A stretch of DNA of 61,025 nucleotides, the filler included, from Sluysia triapertura (taxonomy: Eukaryota), in the NCBI GenBank assembly GCA_046118255.1. It is 3 parts of 3 records of this genome, joined end to end, with 100 filler letters (N's around TTAATTAATTAA, not from the genome) between each part and the next. Parts side by side here need not be neighbours in the genome. Positions count along the whole stretch, not along the records: positions 1 to 27,035 come from JBJNIA010088685.1; 2 more parts are not named here. One strand, 5' to 3'. Position numbers and translations under genes: made by a program. Below the pieces are notes generated by a model. It was not told the origin of the DNA, made no database searches, and was given only the letters and a program-made list of their open reading frames with translations. Numbering within the stretch: the first letter of the stretch is position 1; every line of letters begins with the position of its first letter. Of the stretch, positions 12,993 to 24,949 are shown piece by piece.

Positions 12993-14716
12993 AAAATATA
13001 TAAAAATATATGTAAAAATATATAAACAGGCAGATTCCACTGTTGAACCCGATGTTTCTACAACCAGAATTCAAATGATTCAATCAGACTTGCACACGGC
13101 AAGATGCTCCAACAAACGTCAATCTTATGATCAAGACTCACGACACATCAAGTCCAGTTTGTGTCGATACGATACGACCCAAGACGAGAAGTGTACAAGA
13201 TTTGGCAGTGCCTGTTTACATTCGCATGATGAATCTGAAATCGTTGATATTTTTTCCTGGATGTCAGACTTGACAGACCATCAGTATAGGACCCAAGAAC
13301 TTATTTTATCATTGATAGCAGTACCCATTCACAATAACAATGAACATAACTCGAAAGTAATTATGATTTTCAATTTTGTCTATATTTATAGTGTTATATT
13401 CATTTATCCTTATCCTTTAATTTTTTATAGAAACTTACAAAAACCACCGTCGAAACATGCCCAAGAATTGATTGACATGAAACAAAATTTAAAATTAAAT
13501 GTTAAAAATTTTTTGAACATGAAGAAAATATATGTTGCTTTTTTTGTTTTTTCGATGTTTATAAGATCAAGTTAAATTTAATTGAATATATTAAAAATAT
13601 TACAATCTTTTAAAATTTCAAGAATAAATGAATTAATAAAATTAGTTTATAAATATAAAAGCAATTTAAAAAATAAAATTATAAATGTTAATTCACAATT
13701 ACCACCACAACAACTTAATATATCTTAATATCTTAATAGAATACTTTAATATAAATTTATGCTCTTATATATTTTTTTTATTTTAGAATCCCTACGAGGT
13801 CGTGGCCCGCTTTTCTATTTGCTCCATCTGTCTGCCACAATTAAAGGCTACGAAATTTTCTATAGAAAGAAATTTCTGCGATTCTATGACTTTTACATCA
13901 CCTGTACGTCTTCATCGTCACCTACTGAATTAAATATGCTGGATCCTAATGCTTCCCTTAACATTGCTCACCTAAAACATCAAAAACATTAATAAACATG
14001 TAGTAAAACGACCAGCGCCTATAATTACGCATGGCCTAACAAAGTCACTGAAACGAAATCGAAGACGTGGACAACTTAAAAAATTTTACAAAGAACAAGA
14101 CGCATTTCCTATAAAAAAAACCCTTTCTTAATAATTTGATTAAATACTTCTAATAACACCAAACAACAATTAACTTATAAATAGTATGTTATTGTACATG
14201 CTATATATTGTTTGATTTTATTTAGTAAAATGTCTAATAAACCTGAGACGAAGCTTGTGGATCAAGTTAGACCTTTTTATACACATTAATAAGTGTGCTA
14301 CTGAAAATCATCTTCCTTTACTTTTCCCTAGTTCGGCTCTAATTCCAAACAAATATAAGAATGAGTTGTATTTTGACCTGGCGACACATCTTCAATCTAT
14401 CCCTAAACACCCTTCTTTACGATGTAACTACGCTTCTTTCACACTTGAATATGTATTATAGAATTCATATTGAAGCGCAAGAATTTCCCACATACACAGC
14501 CTTACTCTTTCCTTTAAATGACGATGAGCCACAGTCTTTTCTGCCAAATCTATATACAAAATATTGCACATTGGACCTCTGGAACCTCGTTCATGCATAT
14601 TTCTCCATTATCGGTCTATGATGAGGAAATGCTTATTTTCACCGTGTTTCATTATTCGTTTGACAATGTTGACTTTTAATATTTTCATGTATTTAATAAA
14701 TAAATATTTAATAAAT

Positions 14717-14719
<3 letters not shown>

Positions 14720-14773
<54 letters not shown>
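14720..14773. repeat. (AAT)n microsatellite
   Basis: About 18 AAT units; source of the spurious poly-N/poly-I ORFs. Confidence 0.95.
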
Positions 14774-14774
<1 letters not shown>

Positions 14775-15141
14775 TAATAATCAAGATATATAATATAATA
14801 ATAAAGAATAATTTGATAATGAAAGAAAATATAAATAATTAATAAAATCGGGTAGTAAAATTTTGTAATGTTTTTCTTTGCTTTGAAAATCAATTAGCTT
14901 TAAAAATCAAATAAGGTATTAACACAATTTAAATTTTATTTAAAACGGACATTGGTAGCTTAATAACATAAAAATGTATAATTATTAAATAATATACAAT
15001 AATCTCAATATCAATTTAAAGGTATTATCAAGCACTCAAGCAACCAACCAAATAAGCAAGCCACAAATAACAGAACTCAATATAAACTCTATCAGTGTAC
15101 AGATGCGTTTAGAAAACATGTAAAAATGCACTTGCACACAC

Positions 15142-15526
15142 TGATGGGAATGATTTGGCTCTTGATGAGAATCACAATTAATTTGTTAGACTTCATAAAC
15201 GGACTGACCGGGAATCGAGCCCGGATTTCTCGCAGCGCAGTTCGATGAATTGAATTGAAAACTTTTATTTTTAACACATGGTACAAAGTATAAAGAAGTA
15301 TAAATAATTAAAAATAATAAAAATTGGATCAAGACAATGATAATTTATACAATTCAAAGTTAATGCCAAACGTTAAAAGTATATCTTGACACTGGATCTT
15401 GGTTGAATTGGTTGGAATAGTCCGAATTGTTCTGCATAGTGACCACTGAGCTATCAGCCCCGTCGAACAATTTTAGATTATTATAGTCAATCATACTAAA
15501 TGGCATTTTAGGTCTGTACCCCAACA
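15142..15526 (-). repeat. tRNA-like repeat, copy D, interrupted by ~185 bp
   Basis: Plus-strand termini tgatggg...cccaaca (imperfect inverted, TG..CA). The B-box half lies at 15142-15250 and the A-box half with TGTTG end at 15437-15526. Confidence 0.7.
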
Positions 15527-16536
15527 ACTTTAATAAATAAAATAAAGATAAAATCGTACAATTAATGATTTTAAAGAGCAACAACAATATAACAGTAATG
15601 TTAACAATAATCAGTGGAACAAAATTTAACTAGATATTTTAAGATTTAAAGGTGTATCATATTATAAAAATTGTATTTGAATTTTGTGTATTGTTTGATG
15701 GTTTGATATTTTGAGTGAGATTGTCTTAAGGCTTGTTTAAGATTTTATTTATAAAGAATGTATTAGTTTGTGTTGATGTTTGTTTACAATTAGAGTTTTT
15801 TGATAGAGTTCGTAATGAATGATGAGCTCTAAGCGCTCTTCAATACCTACAGTAGAAACTAGCGCTATATAAATTAATACATGATTATAATTACCGTTTA
15901 TGCAATAAAAAATGAAGCGTATTAAGAAACTGTAATTTCTAAAATGGTTAATCATAATGGGTGCGTATACCTAGATTCAGATATCGATTGTATACAAAAT
16001 CAAACAAACGCAAAGCCATATATTTATGACTACAAGATTATACATTTTGTTTAAAATTTAAAAACTAATCCCAATTTACAGATTTTATTAGAATTGCGAT
16101 AATATTAAGAATGAAACAAATCAATTTGAATAAATGAGACGGAAAGAAAATTGTAGGATAAGTACTCTTATAAGGTCAATGAAATCTGTCCGGTGGAACT
16201 TTAAATAGCACATAATGCTGAATTATGCGACGTTTCCATAGGACTAATGACAGTTGCGATTCCTAAACGAAGACAATTATCCTCTAATAAAAAGACAAGT
16301 AGTAAGCTATATTCATTGTCAATATGAAGGCATTTAATAAGCGCAGCGCAGAAAAATAACAAAGACACCAAACCAATTATTTTTGTGGTATATACTCAAA
16401 AATCAAGACGCTTCAATATAAAAAATTAATTCCGTAATAATAACACGCCTGAATATAAACGAAATAAAGTGTTTTCCTTTAATAAGAATTTGCTCGCTCT
16501 AAACTCTAATAGATTATGTAAAATTCGAGAAAGTCT

Positions 16537-17222
16537 TTATAGTTGGAAAATAACAACGAAAATTATAATCAAAACCAACGTACCTGAAATTTGTTGATTA
16601 GATTCATCGCCTGAAGAAAATACTGCTTCTTCTTCTTCAACTTCTCCATCATTAACATCTTCAAGAGTATCCACTGATGAAGATTCAGGTTTAGTATTCG
16701 GTGCATTTACCATTTTTTCTTCAAAATCACGCCCAAAATTTTTTAAAACTGATTCTAAACCAATCATTTTCGGTTTATCTTTTTTATCTTTATCATCACC
16801 AATTGACTTTTTAGGTGTTTTTTTACACTTTTTACTGCGTTGCACACGACGTCGAGACCCTTTCGATTCATATAAGCGAAATTCTTTCATTTCCTTAATT
16901 TAAAATTAAAGTTTTAATTATAACAAACTCTTTTATAGCGTTCTTTATCTTTTTTCTCTAATGATTGATATTTTGATCTGTCGGTTACTTTACCCCACAT
17001 TCGCATAATTTCTTTACCTATGTCTGTAGAATCCCAATTTGGATTTTCCTCCTTCACTCTATCTCTGTTTTCAGCAATATAAAAAAAGAAGGCAGACCAT
17101 GGTCGTTTTGGTGGAGGTATTTTATCAATACGACCACGTTTAGCTGTATTGGTTCGATTAGAAACAGCACAATCACTATCACTATCAGAAGATCGATCTA
17201 CATTTGTGGCTGCTCGACAACG
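16537..17222 (-). CDS. HMG-box protein with basic then acidic tail (5' end unresolved)
   Basis: Exon to 16929 gives PPPKRPWSAFFFYIAENRDRVKEENPNWDSTDIGKEIMRMWGKVTDRSKYQSLEKKDKERYKR; 35-nt GT-AG intron 16894-16928; then EMKEFRLY... completes the box. A possible further intron at 16535-16583 would move the stop to 16506. No in-frame ATG before the upstream stop. Confidence 0.8.
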
Positions 17223-18499
17223 TTTTAAAAAATTTGAATAATTTAGAGAATCAATTTTGAAAATATATGATAAATAATTTTAAAATTAATATTCAAGTTT
17301 TAACTTTTACAAAAAATTGATAAAAATTTGATAATCGTTAAAGAACAATATCAGATAAAGTATAAATAATATTATGATTTAAAGTAATAAGAAGTAAGTT
17401 CGAAGAAAAAGCATATGAAAATAATCTATACTTAAAAATTTTTAATGTACATTATGAATTATGAAATGCAATAAAACACATAATAATTATACTCTGAAGA
17501 AAAACTTCTTATTAATGGAATATTATTTTACTATTTTCATTTATTGGATATGTTTATACACAAACAATATTAAAACATTGCCTTACTTACTTTTTGATTT
17601 ACACACCTTAACTTCAAGTGTAAAGATGTTAATAAAATTTTGCATAATGTAAATATTAAATACCACATTTAATATACTCCGGAAAGTAAATTAGAAATAA
17701 GAAAACTTATGTTTATTGAAATCCATGATTTAAATCATACACATAATCAAGAATGCAATAAACAAAAATCTACTATTCCATTTACATAACAAATCTTTGA
17801 AAGAATGCAAAAAGAATATATAAGACACAATGGCGCTTAGAGGAATAAATGAATGTGATATATTTAAAAGTGATAATTATAGAATACTAAAATAATTATA
17901 GGTTTCTTAAGTGTTTACTTCGGGTTGGTCTATTGCATTACAATGACTTATAGATGAAATTATTAATAAAAATTAATTTAATAATGAAAATTAAATTTAT
18001 TCTAATGTTGTTATTACACAACTCTTGAATAAGAAATAAATTAGGATGATATGGCAGTGAAGAAATCAGGAAGAGTTGATGTATAATGAAAGTCAAAAAA
18101 TTAAACATTGTTAGAGCAGAATGATGAAAATGAGAGTAGAGGAACACCTTGGGGTTCCAAAGACCCTTGAGATTGGCTTGGAAAACGTTTAGAAATATTA
18201 AATCTTGAACTTGTAAACCTTGAAACCAGTAAGATCTCATCAATCTTGAAGAATCTTAGACACCTGTTTATGTGTTGGTATAAATTTGTGTGATGTGTCA
18301 ATTAATGATGTTAGATACTGTATCGAGTAGATGTTAGCAGAGGCATGATAATGAGTCGAATGGATTGTATAAATATTGAAAGAGTCATCCGTGTAATTTA
18401 AATGTTTTGATGGGTTACAAATACGTTAGTAACTTATGAAATAATTGGTAATGTATTAATTATGAATTTGATTAAAACATGCCTCAGTTTTGACTATCG

Positions 18500-18839
18500 T
18501 GTTGCGTCTTTGCAAATTATTAATTACTGTAATTCAATATTAATTCAATTAGTTTAAAAAGAATCTCACTTAACCAAATACTCCCTAAATCAAGTATAAG
18601 TTTTCAAAACTTCTCTTATTTAATATCAATAATTATTCACCCCAAATTAAGCTCTTGGAAATTAAATCAAAAATAACACAATAATTTACCATTAAACAAA
18701 ACTCAAAATATAATTTATTATTATTATAAGTCTCCACTAAACAATATTCAAATTGCCTAAAAATGTCAGGATTAATAATAATGTTTATAATAGTATTAAG
18801 AACACTACAATATAACTAAAGAAACCAGGAGACGCAACA
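18500..18839 (+). mobile_element. 340-bp solo-LTR/MITE-like repeat, copy 2
   Basis: Perfect 10-bp terminal inverted repeat tgttgcgtct (18500-09) / agacgcaaca (18830-39); homologous to 4586-4940; a related start occurs at ~45467. Confidence 0.8.
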
Positions 18840-18852
18840 GACACTAAAAATA

Positions 18853-20063
18853 TCAATATCTAGAAAGTGAAGAATAATGATGTAATGGCCGGGGTATAAG
18901 TGTATTAGATTCAAAATGAAATTTTAGAAATTTAATGTTAATAAAATAAGACTTAAGGTCTATGTAAATACTACAATATTTTAAATTGTCATTAATTAAA
19001 AATTGAAATAAAACATAACTATTTCCATTAATGTATTGAATTTTAAAACTATCACACATATTAAAAACATCAAATAGCTTAAAATTATTAGACATCATAA
19101 AATTATCAAGCATCTTAAAAATATCAGACATCGCAATCTCCTCAACTTTATTAAACGTTTCACAATTATTAAAATCTTCATTAAAAGTTTTCATATGTAG
19201 TCTTCCATATACTTTACCTTCTAAATCCACTGCTAAATTAATACTACTCTTTTTATGTTTATTTATTTTAAGTATTTGTTCAGGAACTTCATTTGCTTTT
19301 TTCCACATTTCCGGTTCAGGTAACTGACTTCTTAGCATTTTCAATTCGATACTAGGACCATGTTCTGTCAATTCTTTTCCATCTATTAACCAATTTCTGA
19401 TCTTTACAATTACTTCGGAATTTGAATTAATTAATTGAAAACTAATTGTGTAATTGATTCCAGTTGGATCCGGTGCAGTGACAGTAGGACCACGAAATAA
19501 ATCTATTAAAATACTTTTCAAATAACCGAATTTCTGGTAGGCATTATCAAAGCCCATAAAGTTTAGAACTGGATTACAATTTTTTTGTAAATTAACCGTA
19601 CACTTAAAATCCTTAAATGATTTAAAATCTACCAATTCAAATTCATAAAAGTCCATCACATCAAATTCGTAATTACGTCCAATTATTAAATTATTTTTAC
19701 GTTTTTTGCTATGACTACTAATTAGAAATAGACCAGTATCTGATTTTTGTATTAAATGTCTAAATAATGTTGGATTATCCCATATAGTTTCTTTTGAATC
19801 TAAGACTTCATATCGCACGCAATCAGTTTTAAATTGTTCCTATATAAATCATTCATTGATATGACAATAAAAGTACCATTTCTTTCATTAATAAACCAGC
19901 TTGACCAGATTTCGGATAATAAATAAATAAAACTCGTTTAACATCTTCTACTAACTTCGGTTGACTTTTTAAGAACAAACGACGCGAACGTGCATCTTTA
20001 ATTCTAAATTTTACATTTAATCAAATTTTTTTCTTACTTTCTTAATATTAATTGATCAGACAT
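18853..20063 (-). CDS. RPF2: Ribosome production factor 2 (Brix domain), 3 exons
   Basis: Exons 20063-20038, 20003-19877, 19839-18853 with 34- and 37-nt GT-AG introns keep frame. Motifs QPKLVEDVKR, KSDTGLFLISSHSKKRKNNLIIGR, LKSILIDLFRG, LTEHGPSIEL and GKVYGRLHM match Rpf2. Confidence 0.9.
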
Positions 20064-20400
20064 TCAAGTTCTAATTATGATTATTTAAACAAATAAATGC
20101 ACCAATAAATAATTTTTATATTACGAAATGTAATGAAAGTTTTACGAATAAAAATTTAGCAAAACACTTTTAAAAAGAAATCTAAAACTGAATATATTTG
20201 AATATAAATTTGAATGCATTACGTTGTATATTTTTATAAAATTTTTAAAAAATTAAATAATTTTTAAAAATTTAGAGTGAAAATGTTAATTTTTAATGAA
20301 ATCTATTATTTTATATATTTGATTGTAATTAATCAGCTGATATTTATTTTTAAAAGTTGTTATGATGGAAATAAGAAAATTATTATTGAATTGAATTTCA

Positions 20401-22019
20401 ATGTTAAATATATTATTATTAGTGATTTATTATGCTTTATTTAATGAAATATGGTCATTAAAATGTAAATTTTTTGACAAAAGTTAATTTAATATATTAA
20501 GATTGTCGTTTCGATATTCTGATACAAGAACTGTCGATTAATGAATTGGATAAAGTGTCGGATTGTGAAGTGATTGATGGTAGTTTAACTATTACATCTT
20601 TAAATCCTGAACAATGTATAAAAGTTCATTTTCCTAAATTAATAGAAGTCACAAAATTTGTATTCATAATTTTTAATAATTGCCACAAAATGAATTTGGA
20701 TATATTTCCGAATTTAATGATAATTCGCGGTGAAAAAGTGTTTCGTTTATACTCTTTAGTAATTTATAATAACAATTGGAATTATTTAATTTTACCAAAA
20801 CTGAGATTAATTTTACGTGGTGAAATTTTAATACGCGCTAAACGTTATTCTTGTCATTTACAAACAATAGACTGGCTTTATCTGGTTGATAATTTCTATC
20901 GAAATAATGTTAAACGAAATGGAATTGTAGCATCAACAACAACGAAAAGAATTAATTTACAATTATCACGACGTATTTGTCCGAAATTTTGTTCAGATCG
21001 TTGTAATGAAAAGTGTTGGAGTTTTAAAATGTGTCAGTCAAGTAATTTTTGTAAAATGTGTTGAATTGGTTTTGTTAATTTAGTTTGCAGTGATAAGTGT
21101 TTATCGAAAGGCCTTTACTGTTCTGTGACCGATGTTAATTATTGTTGCCATAAAGAATGTCTTGGAGGATGTTATCAACATAATCAAAATGAAACAACAT
21201 CGAGAAATCGGAAATGTGTGGCTTGTAAAAACGTTTCATGGAATGATGAATGTCGTGCAAAATGCCCAAGGAATTATGTCAAAGTTTATTTTATTTTATT
21301 AAATATTATAATTTTTAATTATAAGTATAAGTATAGGGCAAATTTTTATCATTTCTTCATTAACCATTAATCTTAAGATAAATAATCAAAATTTCATTGA
21401 AATACAAATGATGATAAATCTCTATAAACAGCCTTTCTAATTATAATCATAAAATTGCAAAAATTATTAATCCAGAAGATGAGCAGTGTGTTTTTACTTG
21501 GTATAACTCTTTATAAAGGTACGTGTTATGAAGATTTATTTATTTATTGAACATTTAGTCATAAATAATGGTTTTAATTTCAAATACAGAGTTCTTCAAG
21601 GATCAGTACTTCGTATATCGTTGTTCGTTTATAATATAAATGATGTTTCAACTGTTCTTTGACTTGCATTCATCTTACGATAATTAACTATAAGTCTAGT
21701 TGACATTTTATTTAATTCTAAGTTCCTCATTTTCGAAATACTTATATGAATACAATGTTAAATTCAGTCCAATACAAACCAGTGTATCTCGAAACGAGTT
21801 TGTCACAATCGTAATATGATCATTGATTTAGCACGTAATGAATGTGTTCGATTTTGTGAGCCAGTTAATAATTCGACGGAATTTCGTGTTACCATTAAAA
21901 CATCAAAGTCTGGATTTCGCTATTGTGGTGTTCGAATTGTGACTTCGAATTTTTATGCGACAACTGCATCACTTAATCATGGTCACCACATTTTGAAATA
22001 TCCCTTAAGTGAGTCGTGA
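20401..22019 (+). CDS. Insulin-receptor-like ectodomain (signal peptide + receptor L domain + furin-like Cys-rich), apparently truncated
   Basis: Exons 20401-20464, 20502-21041, 21084-21283 (37- and 42-nt introns) and probably 21768-22019. Hydrophobic N-terminus; CEVIDGSLTI, FPKLIEVT, IFPNLMIIRGEKVF..YSLVI, CHLQTIDW, CCHKECLGGC, CVACKN, QCISKRVC..ECVRFC. Confidence 0.8.
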
Positions 22020-23094
22020 TGATATTTTTATGTAAATGTATTATCTGTCTTCAATATTATTCATATATGCAGAGTTTCCGCCCTTACTTCAATTTTGTCA
22101 ACTTTATTTCAACCTTTATGTTAGAAATGCGATAAAGTTGAAGATAAATAAAGATTTATCTTATTTAGAGTGTTAAACTCGAGCTATTACTAATCGTATT
22201 CTAACACTTGATATAATATGTTGGAGGATTCTGTTCGCTCGTCTCTGATTGAAGAGATGGAAGTGCAATGTTGGATAGGTCATTTCGAAATTCAAATTAT
22301 CTCCCTTTCGTTTACTAAATAATTAAGGTAAACTAATTCAAAGTTATATTCGCAAAATACAAAATGTACAGGTTTGTTGAAATTGTTAATCGAAAAGTTG
22401 CGGAACAAATAGTTATAAAATGTCAAATACAAAATTTAAAATTACAAAACGTTCGTAGGGACTAATAAATGATATAAATATAGACACCACGCGTAACCAT
22501 AGTTTAATAAGATGTTAATTTTAAATAATTTTAGTAATATTACTCTAATTCAAATATTATTCCAACAGACTAAACAAATATTTAAATATCAAAATTATTA
22601 TCAAAAAGAAACAAGTCAATCAAATTATGCCTTTTGTGGTCAGCGTCTTAATGCAATTTTATCAAAATATGCCTTTCTCAGCATATACAAAATATCAAAT
22701 GTACCTTCGCACCAAATATTACAGCGAGTTGTCTCTTTATGTTTTTTGAAGTAACAATCATTATCTCTTTTCCCATAAAATAACAACTTTCCTATTATCA
22801 TTTTTTTCAATTTTGTCATATTTCAATGCAAAAAGAATAAATAAGTTTTACAAAATTTAAATTTAAGTTTTAAATTAACAATAAATGAAATAAGGATTAA
22901 TAAAATTTAATAATTATAACAAAATTGAGATAAAATTGAAATAATGGCGGAAACCAAGTAATATACCAATAATTCAGATTTTGGTCCACATTATAAAGAT
23001 ATATCACTGTGGATAATAAAGAAGGTGGAAATGACGAGCCTCGCCCATATGAATTTCTTCAAATACGTAAAAATAAAAATATTTTTTTTATATT

Positions 23095-23165
23095 CCAGCT
23101 ACATTGACGATGTAAAGTGGCTTTGCATTTTGCAGATTGCTTCGAAAAATATCGCGCACACTTCA
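23095..23165 (+). mobile_element. Possible piggyBac transposase C-terminal Cys-rich remnant
   Basis: Reads *RCKVALHFADCFEKYR, resembling the CxxCxVxLHxxCFxxYH tail of PGBD-type transposases; short. Confidence 0.3.
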
Positions 23166-24949
23166 AGATTATTAGTTGTAAGTAACTGCTATTAAAATGA
23201 AGCAATATTTTATTATTATTGTCGTGTTTTTATATTAAATCAAGAAATTTGTTTGTTTCATCTTAATTTCATTGTGATTTAAAGTTTTTATTTTTCAATT
23301 TTTTTTTAATTTATTTTATCATTACTTTATAAACTTCTTTATAAACAAATGAAAATAAAAACAAAAGTATATTTAAGTTATGATAATTCCACGTAAGTTT
23401 AATTGTCTAATTTTCGAGATTTAATCGCAAAGCAAGGGTTTAATTAAAATCTGTTTTTATCTAATCAGCATTAAGGTTCTTTCATATGCCCCAAATCTGC
23501 CAGACTTCACACAATTAAACTTGATTGTATATATATTCAGAAAATTGTGGTGGTATAATTATTCTAAGCATGAAAGACGTCGAAACAGCTCGTAATTGTT
23601 TAACAGCTCAACATGTCATCATCAGATTATACGGACCGCTCAATAATGAAAATGAAAATGGTTAGTATTGTCCAGTTTTAGTGTCTATCTATTTTTCAAG
23701 CTAATGCGTTCTTTATATTAACATGGATTTCGATGTGCTACACACGTCATTCATTTTGAAGGCCCCAGTTGATTACCAACACGGAATGCACCTATTATAG
23801 CTTCTTTTGAATATTATTTAGATGAAGTGGGACTCTCTGTAATCACTCGATCCATTTTTTTATCGTAAATGATAAATAATTTTCTTCTGCATCGAAATTT
23901 GTGTTATTGATTTTTTACAAATTATGTTTCTGCATTCTGTCATTATTTAAAAAATTACAAAATATTACTAAATGTAACTAAACAAGATGTTAATGTTCTA
24001 ACTGTACCCATTATTGTAGTTCTACTGCTCTTTTTACTACACATTCCTTCACCTCAGTAAGAATTTATCCGCTTTCTTGGTACATGTGGAATAAATAATC
24101 TTGTTGGTGTTGCTTCCCATATAGCATTAGTTATTTGGTTTAATTATTCTTGGACTATCATTCTTTACTTCTTTTATTACCTCCTTTCATTATCCATTTT
24201 AGCAAATACTTAATTATTAGTTCGTTAATCAACAATAAGTTCAGTTAAATAGTAGACAAGTAAAAAACATGTAAACAGATTACTAATATAAAGAATAGAT
24301 GATTAAAGAATGAAGATTAAAGCTAAAGAAATTTAATCGTTTAAAAGTATTTTAGCCCTCGTTAAATCAAGAGAAACAAATTTATAAACTGATTTACTTC
24401 GTAAACCTCCTTATAAATTATTAAACTTTGTGTAAAATTAAATAAATTCATTGGAACAAACTTAACTAACTTTTTAAATTCAAGATGGTAACTGCTAAAA
24501 AGTTTAACTGATAAAGTGTGTGAAATGCTTCCAGTTGGCTAGTATTTAATTAAAATAATAATTTTATGTGCTTACATTAGTAAGTAGATAGTATTTTGTA
24601 ATTTTTAATATTGTTTTGTTATTGTCTCCAAACGGAATTGTGACGTGAAACAAGATTAAAAACTTGAGTTTTATTAAAATTACTTAATTTTATAGGATGC
24701 TACAATTTGGCTGTTTGTTTGAATAATTTTGTCTTCGTTGTGCTCTATAAAGTTAATTTTTTGATTTGTAGTCAAACATTTATTGGTTTTATTTATTAAA
24801 CTTTTATCGTACCAATTGATATTGAGAATTCCATGTTATTCACGTTTATTTATATTATTTAAAAAATGATTACATTGATGGATTTAATATTTCGTAAATA
24901 AGAGAATTTGTAAACATAAATATCTAAGTTTTATGAATTTAAGTCTGTA

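Noticed and set aside
14230-14640. Overlapping ORFs of 68-92 aa
   Set aside because: No recognisable domain on either strand; likely decayed element.
14564-14893. Poly-Asn and poly-Ile ORFs
   Set aside because: Translations of the (AAT)n microsatellite.
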